DNA from: Fidelibacterota bacterium
GTDB taxonomy: Bacteria; Fidelibacterota; UBA8477; JABMPR01
Direction of reading: 5' to 3'
DNA: 64,000 bases
Assembly (NCBI GenBank): GCA_018673925.1
Contig: JABHBL010000019.1
Location: 45,960-109,959 of the forward strand
Shown one piece after another: positions 40,886-50,094 of the stretch. The notes under the pieces are model-generated. The model worked only from the letters and a program-made list of their open reading frames with translations, was not told where the DNA came from and did not search any database. Made by a program: the position numbers and the translations under genes. Every line of letters begins with the position of its first letter. Position 1 is the first letter of the stretch.

Positions 40886-40962
40886 CTCGGAACATGTTAT
40901 TCAGCAGAGTCGCTGACAACAAATAAATTTCAGAAAATCAGTGGGAAACAAGTAGGGGAAAA

Positions 40963-42393
40963 TTAGGGTGAAAGTTGTCTGATATATTCCTCACCTCGGC
41001 TCAGGACGGAATCGTGATCCTCCGGCGAATGGAGTTTATTCAGCACATTTAGTGTGTATTCTCGCAACCTGCTTAATGCATCAGGTGAAAACTCAGTTTG
41101 CCACTGATTTAATGAATAACCTGGCCAAATCTGGCTGTGTTGTTCATGTATGTCTCGGTATTGAGCCAGGGTAGCCTCGGACAGGAGAAAGCTTCCTCCC
41201 GGTCCCACTGAATGGATATCTTTCAATGGATCGTTATTCTCATCCAATACAAAACCTGCTGCAAATTGTCTCACCTGACGAATCACTTCATCGGCATAGA
41301 CCACCGTGGTGGGTGAAAATGCCTGCGAATCAAAATTTCCCCCAACAAAAGGAGCCAGTCCCACCTTACCTATGGAATTGGTAAGATGATTCATCCACAA
41401 GGTACCACTGGCTAATAAATCTGGCCCCCATCCGGTACCACTACCAGATGTTCCAGCATGTGGAATGTGATAGTGATCCATCATCTCAGCACAAGCCAGG
41501 TTGACCAGCATGGTTTGAGATGTATAGGCGGAAATCATATTCTGCATTTCAAAAACAGAAGGTAGACTCCCTAAAATGACTGGTGTCCCAGGTTTAATTA
41601 ATTGAGAGAATACCAGACCTGCCAATAATTCAGCATTGAGCATGACTAGGGTGCCCTCAGCACTGATCGGTGCGGTTGCCCCCGACATCCCATAGCTGGA
41701 GAAAATGAAAGGTAGACCGTGATCGATGGTAGAAAACATTTTGTCTGTGGTGTCCTCATTTAACACCAGGGGCGTAATTGGATTGAAATATGGGAGCACA
41801 AATGGCTTTTGGGAGAGATTACCACGGAGATGTTCCAACATACTGAGAGCCAGATCAAATTGTTTCGGCTCAGAAATTAATATGCCTAGTGGTTTAGTTG
41901 TATTGGCCATCATCTCCAGGGTGCCTACTACCTCACCCATCTGGGTATCGTCGTTCTGGATCACCCCTGGAGTTGATACAAGATCAAATTGGGTAAGCGT
42001 ATTGCCAAGGGCTGTAGCGATCTCAACATGTTTCCGAGTAAAAGGGATGGCGGAGTCATTTTCAGGGTTCTGATACCAGGAGTTGGTCACTCCGATGCCA
42101 TAAATCGTTCCCGATGGCTGATGCCCTCCCATGGAGAAGGCCAAATTTCCGTCCCTATTATACATATCGATTTGAGCGGGTACAGACTGGAGAGCTTGCT
42201 CAACGATTTCACCGGGTATCCGTACAAGATTGTCGTCAAAACCACCAACTGCTTCTGAGAATACTGCTCTGGCGCGTTCTGAATCTACCCGTATCCCAGT
42301 GTGGGACAGCACTTTAAGGGAATCCTGGTGAACTTTTTGGATTTGCTCCCCATTGAGGATTGAAATGTGGGGTTTAATATGGTTCAGTACCAA
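40963..42393 (-). CDS. MttB-superfamily methyltransferase (non-pyrrolysine; trimethylamine / glycine-betaine:corrinoid methyltransferase-like)
   Basis: 476 aa; N-terminal LNGEQIQKVHQDSLKVLSHTGIRV... typical of the MttB/MtgB family; no in-frame TAG. Confidence 0.75.
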   Translation of the reverse strand: MVLNHIKPHISILNGEQIQKVHQDSLKVLSHTGIRVDSERARAVFSEAVGGFDDNLVRIPGEIVEQALQSVPAQIDMYNRDGNLAFSMGGHQPSGTIYGIGVTNSWYQNPENDSAIPFTRKHVEIATALGNTLTQFDLVSTPGVIQNDDTQMGEVVGTLEMMANTTKPLGILISEPKQFDLALSMLEHLRGNLSQKPFVLPYFNPITPLVLNEDTTDKMFSTIDHGLPFIFSSYGMSGATAPISAEGTLVMLNAELLAGLVFSQLIKPGTPVILGSLPSVFEMQNMISAYTSQTMLVNLACAEMMDHYHIPHAGTSGSGTGWGPDLLASGTLWMNHLTNSIGKVGLAPFVGGNFDSQAFSPTTVVYADEVIRQVRQFAAGFVLDENNDPLKDIHSVGPGGSFLLSEATLAQYRDIHEQHSQIWPGYSLNQWQTEFSPDALSRLREYTLNVLNKLHSPEDHDSVLSRGEEYIRQLSP

Positions 42394-42400
42394 ATTAAGT

Positions 42401-43489
42401 CTATCTCTTTCCTTTGTTTCTGCTCTTATGCTCTTTCGAAATTCGCTTATGATCCTTGGTCATTGCCCTTAACCTCACGCGCTCGAGATGATCAGCTCGA
42501 GGATCGCTTTTCCTTTCCAGAAAAGTGAGTTCCTTTTTCATTTTTAAATAATTATTTATTCTTTCTGGAGAGATAACTCCAACTTCAACGGCAGCTATGA
42601 CAGCACAGCCTGGTTCTGTTTCATGGGAACAGTCTGAGAATCGACACCCTGCGGCAAGTTTATCAATATCAGCAAAACTTTTATCAAGATTATCGTCCTC
42701 TCGCCAGAGTTGAAGTTCCCGCATCCCTGGTGTATCAAGCAATAATCCACCTGTTGGCAGTAGAATGAGTTCTCGATGGGTGGTGGTGTGCCTCCCTTTC
42801 CCATCTTTCTCTCTTACTGTGGCAGTGTGCAAGAGCTCGTGCCCAACGAAATGATTGATGAGCGTGGACTTGCCCACACCAGATGAACCTAACAATGCAA
42901 TTGTTTGGCCTGGAGCAATATATTGGTTCAGATTGCTGAGCCCAATCTGCGCTTTTGCACTGACGGCATAGATGGGAACATTCTGGATTCTTTCCTGGAG
43001 TGATTCAATGATGGGTTCAGTCATTTCTTCCAGATCCGCTTTAGCCAGGACAATCACGGGTCTTGCCCCACTTTCAACCACAAGTGCAACATATCTTTCC
43101 AGACGAGCGGGATTGAAGTCAGTACCAAATGTTGATACTATCCATACTGTATCCAGATTGGTGGCCATGATCTGTTCGTTAGAATTTTTTCCAGCAACTT
43201 TTCTGGAAAATGTGGATTTTCGTGGCAAAACCCCGCGAATGGTGGCCTTGCCCCTTATATCAGTTTCATCCACTACCACCCAATCCCCGACAGCAGGCAA
43301 TTCGGTTTGCTTGAAGGGAGCATGATAGAGTCTTCCGGCTGCTTTTGCAGAGATATCAGCCGTTCCAGTATGGACCTTGTATTCGCTGCGATGTTCAGAA
43401 ATGACACGAGCGGGAATACCTCTATTATCCTCAGCTTGTCCTAATTTTTCAGCCCAGGTTCCATCCCAGCCATAATCTTCAAGACTCAT
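42401..43489 (-). CDS. rsgA: ribosome small-subunit-dependent GTPase A
   Basis: circularly permuted GTPase LLGSSGVGKSTLINHF; C-terminal zinc finger CRFSDCSHETEPGCAV. Confidence 0.85.
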   Translation of the reverse strand: MSLEDYGWDGTWAEKLGQAEDNRGIPARVISEHRSEYKVHTGTADISAKAAGRLYHAPFKQTELPAVGDWVVVDETDIRGKATIRGVLPRKSTFSRKVAGKNSNEQIMATNLDTVWIVSTFGTDFNPARLERYVALVVESGARPVIVLAKADLEEMTEPIIESLQERIQNVPIYAVSAKAQIGLSNLNQYIAPGQTIALLGSSGVGKSTLINHFVGHELLHTATVREKDGKGRHTTTHRELILLPTGGLLLDTPGMRELQLWREDDNLDKSFADIDKLAAGCRFSDCSHETEPGCAVIAAVEVGVISPERINNYLKMKKELTFLERKSDPRADHLERVRLRAMTKDHKRISKEHKSRNKGKR

Positions 43490-43641
43490 TTGTGTACTTT
43501 CTTTTGCAATGGTTCAACCATAATAGCCCTTGATTTGAGTGATCCAATCCATCTATGGCCTCAATTCTAAGCATACTGGTGTGAAGAACCACAAATAATT
43601 AATTTTCTAAATTGTGTAGAGATGACCGGGTTATATGAGTT

Positions 43642-43842
43642 TCATTTCGGATCTGACATGAGGACCTTGAGTATCCGATCAATCTGAATATACTCGATGA
43701 ACTTCGCGTGCTTTTTTCCCTGGACCTCAAGTTTTAGCCATTTCTCAGTCAGGTCAATGATGATTCCCTTCGAGGGTGATGCAAATCCTTCTACAGGGCT
43801 ATAATGTATCGTCACGTGTTTATTCTTTAATTCCTCAAGCAT
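43642..43842 (-). CDS. hypothetical small protein (66 aa, possible Sm-like/beta-barrel)
   Basis: ORF only; alternating hydrophobic pattern KHVTIHYSPVEG...GIIIDLTEKWLKLEV. Confidence 0.3.
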   Translation of the reverse strand: MLEELKNKHVTIHYSPVEGFASPSKGIIIDLTEKWLKLEVQGKKHAKFIEYIQIDRILKVLMSDPK

Positions 43843-43909
43843 ATCCTGGTATTCCTTTATGGATTTGACTTTGTTTTATGTGTGGATCCATTTCACAAGA
43901 AAACCGCGA

Positions 43910-44107
43910 TTATTCGTCACTTATTTTTCCACGGTGATAATTTGCCCAGAAGAAGGTAGTTTTGGCCATTTCTTCAACGCCGGGAATAGATTCTTGAGGT
44001 GTTTTACTTTTTTTGAAACGCAATAGAAGTGCAATAGCTGCAATCAATAGGATCAACATACCAACGAGAATCATGATAAATGTTTTTGTCTCAAAATAAA
44101 TTAACAA
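43910..44107 (-). CDS. hypothetical small membrane protein (65 aa)
   Basis: ORF with one N-terminal TM helix. Confidence 0.3.
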   Translation of the reverse strand: MLIYFETKTFIMILVGMLILLIAAIALLLRFKKSKTPQESIPGVEEMAKTTFFWANYHRGKISDE

Positions 44108-44169
44108 TTCTCAGCACTCCCTTCTTATCACCAAAGAATTGAATTCCCATAATATAATCTTCCCCTATG

Positions 44170-45018
44170 TCAGGCAAAGGCACTGCTTAGTTCATCAAGA
44201 ATGTCCGAACAGCCCCCGCCCTTAATGAATTCGGAATGATCCTGAACATTTTCAAATTTTCTGCCAACGATGTTAGAACATTCGAATTCATAATTGCTGA
44301 CTGCCAAGAATTTCTCCATGGCCTCAAGGGCAGCTGGATTATTAAAATCTAACTTCTCACCAGGCTTCAAATCTTTAAGCATTCCCCTCAACCAAATCGC
44401 AGCACCGAGAGCCCCACAGGCACCGCCACTTAGTCCAATACCACCTGCTAAACCAGCAGCCATAACCTGATGTTCATCTGAAAGCCCCATTTTTTTGGCC
44501 AATAGTGCAGCGCAGCTCACGGGTTGTTGAGGGACATCAATTACTTCCTCAGCAAGAGTAGACTCAATTTCTTTGTATGCTTCCGGTGCAAATTTCGCAG
44601 CCATGCGAAAACAACCGATGGTTCCACCTTTTAGTAGAAAGAAGGTTACCATTTTTAGAGCAGAAGAAGTTTTGTCAATATCGGTGATTTCAAGACAGTT
44701 CATATGTTTATTCAGATCTTTAAATTTTTCAACCAACTTTTGGGATGAAATTACTGCCTTGGTTTCTGCCTGAGGTCCAGATCCAGAGAGCCTGTATGCT
44801 TCAGCTCCAGCAGCCAGGGCCGCTCCCCATATCATTCCACACTGATAGCCATGTTGCATGATACCACCAGCCAGTGGCATTGATGCCTTCTCCTCGGAGG
44901 TCATGCTATTGTCAAATCCCTGGTTGAGAACTCTCAACAAGGCTTCAGATCATGTACCTACTTTCAGGAATGCTCCTGCGGCTCCCATTCCCGTTACATT
45001 ACTTGTTGTTTTAGCCAT
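44170..45018 (-). CDS. C-GCAxxG-C-C family putative redox (seleno)protein; in-frame UGA (44950..44952) proposed to encode selenocysteine
   Basis: ATG at 45018 with GGGGAGAG SD encodes MAKTTSNVTGMGAAGAFLKVGT-TGA-SEALLRVLNQGF... continuous in the frame of the 256 aa TTG-initiated ORF; UGA aligns with the first conserved Cys of the family (F.K.GYNCAQAVL); downstream family motifs GYQCGMIWGAA, GCFR, GGACGALGAA, CSD; hairpin follows the UGA. Confidence 0.6.
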
Positions 45019-45043
45019 CTTCTCTCCCCTTTTTTTTACTCAG

Positions 45044-45718
45044 CTAGACTTTCTGTGCCAGAACAATGTCCACTGGTAAACCGAACATGGACATCTCTGT
45101 CACACTTCTAATATGAAAGCCATTTTCCTTGATACATTGTTCAACATAGATAGGTCGACAATCTACATATTTATTGAAGTTTTTCTGGGTCCATTCATAC
45201 AGATTGACGATGAACCCATTAATTGCTTTTTTGGACATGGATACAATGCAAAGTCGAGCTCCAGATTTTAATACTCGCTGACATTCTGATAGAACCACAG
45301 GAATTTCCGGTGTGTCGAACAATTCTAATGTGAAACTTGAATAAGCGGCGTCAAAGGAATTGTCAGCGTATGGCAGTTTCATGGCATCTCCGAGACACAA
45401 TTCTACAGAATCACTTATCTCTGCCTTGAGGAGTTTTGAGTGGGCAACATCCAGCATCCCTTGAGAAAGATCAACTCCAAAAACATTGCCCGTTTCACCG
45501 GTACTCTCGACCAGCTTAATCAAGCATTGTCCAGTTCCGAAACCCAACTCCAGGACTTGCTCCCCAGCTTGTATATCCAGGATCTGTAAACCCATTTCTT
45601 TATATTTTTTTTCAGAGAGACCAGCAAGCAAATCGTACCACCTACTCATCTTGTCATAACTGGCTCTGGCTTCTTCCCGGGATCTGGTTACTCTATTTAT
45701 GGGTGATGTGGTATTCAT
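45044..45718 (-). CDS. class I SAM-dependent methyltransferase (UbiE/Methyltransf_11-like)
   Basis: motif I VLELGFGTGQ, post-I acidic residue, motif II/III spacing. Confidence 0.75.
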   Translation of the reverse strand: MNTTSPINRVTRSREEARASYDKMSRWYDLLAGLSEKKYKEMGLQILDIQAGEQVLELGFGTGQCLIKLVESTGETGNVFGVDLSQGMLDVAHSKLLKAEISDSVELCLGDAMKLPYADNSFDAAYSSFTLELFDTPEIPVVLSECQRVLKSGARLCIVSMSKKAINGFIVNLYEWTQKNFNKYVDCRPIYVEQCIKENGFHIRSVTEMSMFGLPVDIVLAQKV

Positions 45719-45734
45719 TGCTTAGTTCGGCATG

Positions 45735-46898
45735 TTACTGTCTATGTACAATACCAATTTTTCCATGTGATAGGGTCAAGGATATTTCCCCCATTAATAG
45801 CCGTTCAGCCAGCCCACCGAATAGGTCGCGGCGCCAACCACCTGACATTCTCGTTTTGACACCCAGTGTCATTTGCTCCAGGTCTGATTTAGAGGCAACC
45901 AGTTTGGGCGCCACATTATTTTTGTCACAGACATGGGTGAGCAGGGCGCGTAAAAGCACAATAGCATTTCCATTGATATCCTCATCAGCCGAATTGTCAG
46001 GAACCACTGGGCACTCTGATAGGGGTAGTTCCCTGGCTTTTTTGATAGTGCTTAGAATTTCTTGTCCTGCCCTACCCTGGGCATTTCCTCCAATCCCCCG
46101 TGCTCGTTCTAAATCTTTCAAATTATCTGGAGGATTGGAGACCAGATCACGTAAAGCTAGATCCTTGATTACCCATCCTCGTGGAATATTCTGGGTTTTT
46201 GCGCGTTCTTCCCGCCAGGTTACCAACCCATGGAGCAGGGCCATACGACGTGGTGTCATATTTCTTAATTTTAATTTCCTGGCCTGGGCCTCAGGTTTGA
46301 AATCGAAGCGCTTTGTTTCAGACAGCTCCTGCATTTCTTCTGCTACCCAGGGAGCACGACCACGTTTATCAATATCTTTATGAAGACGTTCATAGACTTT
46401 ACATAGATGTGTAACATCGGCCAGGGCATATTCAAGGTGACGATCTCGCAGTGGTCGTTTTGACCAGTCCACGATCTGTGAGCTCTTATCAATTCTGGTC
46501 TTGGTAAAGGTTTTCACCAACTGAGCGTAAGAAACCTGATCTCCGAAACCACAGACCATAGCTGCAATCTGGGTGTCGAATACTGGCATAAGAGACAGCT
46601 TAAAATCGTTCCATAGTATGACGAGATCCTGCTCAGCTGCGTGAAACACTTTTATCATTTTGGGGTTCATGAGAAACTGTATGAGGGGTTCAAGATCAAT
46701 GTCAGCAAGCGTATCTATAACCGCGGCATGATTACCGTGAGCTATTTGGATGAGGCAGAGTTGTGGGAAATAGGTTTTTTCAGAGAGGAATTCTGTATCT
46801 AGTGCCACATAGGGTGGCGTTCCAATAGCGTGAATGAAATTGACTAATTCTTGAGTATTCTTAATTAACAAGTACGTTTGCCTCCTGATTGGTTTCAT
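45735..46898 (-). CDS. rnd: ribonuclease D
   Basis: DEDDy 3'-5' exonuclease (ALDTEF...HAAEQDL...YALADV) plus HRDC-like C-terminus. Confidence 0.85.
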   Translation of the reverse strand: MKPIRRQTYLLIKNTQELVNFIHAIGTPPYVALDTEFLSEKTYFPQLCLIQIAHGNHAAVIDTLADIDLEPLIQFLMNPKMIKVFHAAEQDLVILWNDFKLSLMPVFDTQIAAMVCGFGDQVSYAQLVKTFTKTRIDKSSQIVDWSKRPLRDRHLEYALADVTHLCKVYERLHKDIDKRGRAPWVAEEMQELSETKRFDFKPEAQARKLKLRNMTPRRMALLHGLVTWREERAKTQNIPRGWVIKDLALRDLVSNPPDNLKDLERARGIGGNAQGRAGQEILSTIKKARELPLSECPVVPDNSADEDINGNAIVLLRALLTHVCDKNNVAPKLVASKSDLEQMTLGVKTRMSGGWRRDLFGGLAERLLMGEISLTLSHGKIGIVHRQ

Positions 46899-47065
46899 TT
46901 AATGTAGCTTGGAGCTTCTGAATATCCGAGGATGGTCTTTCAGGAAGTGATAGTTCGTGTGATTTTGATCAACATATGGATATACACCAGGCAAAGTTCA
47001 AAATCGATCATCTCTCTGGTAAAACAATACCCCATTGTAATCTTAGTAACATTGAATGAAATATT

Positions 47066-47097
47066 CTTTGACACAGGGGCATGTCCGTCTATATTTG
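47066..47097 (+). promoter_or_regulatory. promoter of rpmB (fits both TTGACA-N16-TATATT and Bacteroidota-type -33 TTTG / -7 TAnnTTTG)
   Basis: TTTGACA at 47066-47073, TATATTTG at 47090-47097, about 25 nt upstream of the rpmB ATG. Confidence 0.4.
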
Positions 47098-47122
47098 CGC
47101 GCTTTAGAATGGGAGTATGAAA

Positions 47123-47314
47123 ATGGCAAAACGATGTGATGTATGTGGAAAAGGTCCAGTTACGGGCAACAATGTGAGTCACTCACACAAAAAATCTCGT
47201 CGCAGATGGTTACCCAACCTGCAACGTGTTCGTGTTTCTGTTGATGGACAAAACACACATAAAAAAGTTTGCACTAGCTGTATCAAGTCAGGAAAAGTTG
47301 TAAAAGCTGCCTGA
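47123..47314 (+). CDS. rpmB: 50S ribosomal protein L28
   Basis: [34 protein letters not shown] = L28 consensus. Confidence 0.9.
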   Translation: MAKRCDVCGKGPVTGNNVSHSHKKSRRRWLPNLQRVRVSVDGQNTHKKVCTSCIKSGKVVKAA

Positions 47315-47344
47315 TTTTTTCCAATATCTAGAAAAATTTAAAAA

Positions 47345-47368
47345 GCTCCGTGATTCGGAGCTTTTTTT
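47345..47368 (+). terminator. intrinsic terminator after rpmB (GCTCCGtgatTCGGAGC + T7)
   Basis: perfect 7 bp hairpin plus T-run. Confidence 0.7.
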
Positions 47369-47437
47369 GTACCAATACCACTCTCGATAGGTAGATTTTT
47401 ACATGTCTAACATTCTTCTAAAACAAGTGACTATGGT

Positions 47438-48400
47438 ATGACTGAAACTGAAACAACTACACCTCAATCTATTGATCCTATTCCAGGTGATCAAGGCTCT
47501 CCGGCTCTGGCATGTTATGGGATATCCAAACGATTTAAAAGCATTCAGGCACTGGATGATGTGAGTCTCAGCGTTCCGCGGGGATCCATTTTTGGGTTTC
47601 TCGGACCAAATGGAGCCGGAAAATCTACCCTGATTCGAGTGGTTGCCGGTCTCATTGCAGCTGACAAGGGACATTTTGATATCCTGGGTTACTCCAGCCT
47701 GAAGGGGCACGGGGTCCGTAAAGATATGAGTGCTCTGGTGGACCGAGCAGATTTTTATAAGAACCTCAGCGCCTATCAGAACATGAAAATCCTGGGAAGA
47801 ATCACTGGACATGATAGTAATGAACACATCAACCGGCTATTGGACCTATTAGGGTTGTATGATCGTCGTAAGGATAAGGTTAAAACCTTTTCGCAGGGAA
47901 TGAAACAACGTCTGGGTTTGGCTCAATCACTTCTCCCAGATCCAAAACTGTTGGTTCTGGATGAGCCCACCACTGGTCTTGACCCTCAGGGAATGCATGA
48001 AATTCGAGATTTTATTCTGAAAATAGCAGCTGAACAGAATGTGACGATATTTTTGTCATCCCACCTCCTCCACGAGGTTGAACTGATTTGTTCTGATATT
48101 GCCCTCATTTTTAATGGCAAGCTGGCTGCCCAGGGCTCAATGCAGAACATTTTTCGTGAGATAGATAATGTAACTATTGAGCTCGAGGTTGAGGATTCTA
48201 AAACCACTTTGGCCTTTCTGGAGAAGAACGATCTGGTTACTCAGATTACTCCACTGGCCAACGCTATCAGCATTGAGATTCACTACAATAGGATTCCTGA
48301 GCTCATTCGTCTTATGTCAGCCGCAAAGATCAATATTTTCTCAGTCTCCCAGCGGAATCGTCTGGAGAATTACTTTCTCTCACTCATGGAGGGAAAATGA
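47438..48400 (+). CDS. ABC transporter ATP-binding protein (ABC-2 subfamily)
   Basis: Walker A GPNGAGKST, signature FSQGMKQRL, Walker B LLVLDEPTTGLD. Confidence 0.85.
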   Translation: MTETETTTPQSIDPIPGDQGSPALACYGISKRFKSIQALDDVSLSVPRGSIFGFLGPNGAGKSTLIRVVAGLIAADKGHFDILGYSSLKGHGVRKDMSALVDRADFYKNLSAYQNMKILGRITGHDSNEHINRLLDLLGLYDRRKDKVKTFSQGMKQRLGLAQSLLPDPKLLVLDEPTTGLDPQGMHEIRDFILKIAAEQNVTIFLSSHLLHEVELICSDIALIFNGKLAAQGSMQNIFREIDNVTIELEVEDSKTTLAFLEKNDLVTQITPLANAISIEIHYNRIPELIRLMSAAKINIFSVSQRNRLENYFLSLMEGK

Positions 48401-49239
48401 TACTCTTTAAACTCACTCAAAACGAACTTTACAAAATTTTCTCACTGGTACGTTCTTATATAGGCATCATCTTATTTACCGGTATTGTGCCCCTCATCCT
48501 CTGGGGCTATGGTATGGGAACCTCCCACATTGAAGGTCAGATTGAGAGTTCTGTCTCGGATATGTTTTTTATCGAGGGCTCGCCTACCAACGGTTTTACT
48601 GCAGCATATTTTATCATGAATTTCTTCTGGATACATATCCCATTTCTACTGGCACTGGTTGGTGGGGACATCTTTGCCGGTGAACATGCGAATGGGACAT
48701 TCAGGGTTTATGCAACCAGACCAATCTCGCGAATGAGTATTTTCACATCCAAAGTTTTAGCCACCATGATCTATACCTTCATCTTTGTCTTTTACTTTGG
48801 CTTACTCACCCTTGGGCTGGGTTTGATCTGGCATGGTGGTGGGGATATGCTGGTGTTTCACAATGGCGTCCTTATTCTGGAATCTAGCGATGCACTTGTG
48901 CGATTTTTTATAGCCTATTTCTTCTCATTTATGAATATGGTTCTGGTGAGTTCCATTGCCATATTCTTCTCAACCATGGTGAGAAATGCAGTCGGTCCGG
49001 TAATTGGTACCATGGCATTGTTCATTTTTATCCTTATGGTTTCGTCTCTCCCTCTTGAGGTGTTTGAGGGTATTCAGCCATATCTCTTTACTACTTATTT
49101 TTCGAACTGGGAGCAGGCATTTTTTGATCCGATCCCCTGGCCTGATCTATTCAGAGGGATGGGCCTTGTTGGCTCCAACATCGTTATGTTTCTCGGTATT
49201 GCACTTATCATATTCCGGAGAAAGGATATCCTTTCATGA
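48397..49239 (+). CDS. ABC-2 family transporter permease
   Basis: 280 aa, 6 TM; ATGA-coupled to the ATPase. Confidence 0.6.
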   Translation: MILFKLTQNELYKIFSLVRSYIGIILFTGIVPLILWGYGMGTSHIEGQIESSVSDMFFIEGSPTNGFTAAYFIMNFFWIHIPFLLALVGGDIFAGEHANGTFRVYATRPISRMSIFTSKVLATMIYTFIFVFYFGLLTLGLGLIWHGGGDMLVFHNGVLILESSDALVRFFIAYFFSFMNMVLVSSIAIFFSTMVRNAVGPVIGTMALFIFILMVSSLPLEVFEGIQPYLFTTYFSNWEQAFFDPIPWPDLFRGMGLVGSNIVMFLGIALIIFRRKDILS

Positions 49240-49964
49240 GTCATATATATAAAAGCCTACTGATAATTATCATGCTATGCCTTTCAGCAGGCTCTTTTGC
49301 CCAAAAGAAATATCCCAGCCAACAGGAGTTGCAGGACCTGATGCTTGGAAACTGGGAGCGTATTGAAGATTATGAGGTAGATATAAAGCTGGCTCTGGAC
49401 ATCCCAGGGTTTCGTATGCCATCACGCAATATTCACTATATGTATAAATTTCCTGATAAGAGTAAAGTCGAGGTGAAAGGATTCGCTATAGTCCCTAAAC
49501 AAGGCATTCAACCTTTCTTTACTTTTTTACGGGATTCGGTCTCGCTCCAGATTGTAAATGACTCCCTGGTAAGTGGAGAGGCTCTATTTGAAGTTACCCT
49601 TGAAGACACGTTTATGAATGAACTGGGGACCATAAACTTTTTTGTAAATCAGGAGACAGGAAATATCACTGAAGCCTGGGTGGTCCATGAGGGTAGAGAA
49701 TTTTTCCGACTCACATCTGATTATGAACAAGTTGATGGCATTTATTTACCAACATCTACCGCCATTAAAATGACCTTCCCACCCGATTTTAAAAACCTGC
49801 AGCGTCTCGGTAAAAAACCAACTGACATGCGGGAATTCGATGCCAGCATGACTGATGAGTGGTTGGACGGTTCCATTAAAATTCAATTTAAAAATTATAA
49901 AGTCAATCGAGGTATTCCGGACTATAAGTTTGAGGATGAAACTGAAGACGCTATTCAGGATTAA
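49236..49964 (+). CDS. secreted hypothetical protein (LolA-like/DUF4292-like?) coupled to the ABC-2 exporter
   Basis: signal peptide CLSAGSFAQ; ATGA-coupled to the permease; fold guess only. Confidence 0.35.
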   Translation: MSHIYKSLLIIIMLCLSAGSFAQKKYPSQQELQDLMLGNWERIEDYEVDIKLALDIPGFRMPSRNIHYMYKFPDKSKVEVKGFAIVPKQGIQPFFTFLRDSVSLQIVNDSLVSGEALFEVTLEDTFMNELGTINFFVNQETGNITEAWVVHEGREFFRLTSDYEQVDGIYLPTSTAIKMTFPPDFKNLQRLGKKPTDMREFDASMTDEWLDGSIKIQFKNYKVNRGIPDYKFEDETEDAIQD

Positions 49965-50094
49965 ATCCCCCGATTCTGCGTTTCCTTTTTAGCTAATATT
50001 TTATCCAATAAATTGACCGAAATCTCTGGATTTGGGTTGAGTTTCATATCACAGCAAATACATTACTTTGCTTTTAATCTTGAAGGAGAAACTA

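Noticed and set aside
40963-42393. Pyrrolysine (UAG) recoding in the MttB homolog
   Set aside because: ORF is uninterrupted and full length without any in-frame TAG; belongs to the non-Pyl clade.
45703-46383. 226 aa (+) ORF, Ser/Arg/Pro-rich
   Set aside because: Antisense to rnd; low-complexity translation typical of shadow ORFs in the reverse frame.
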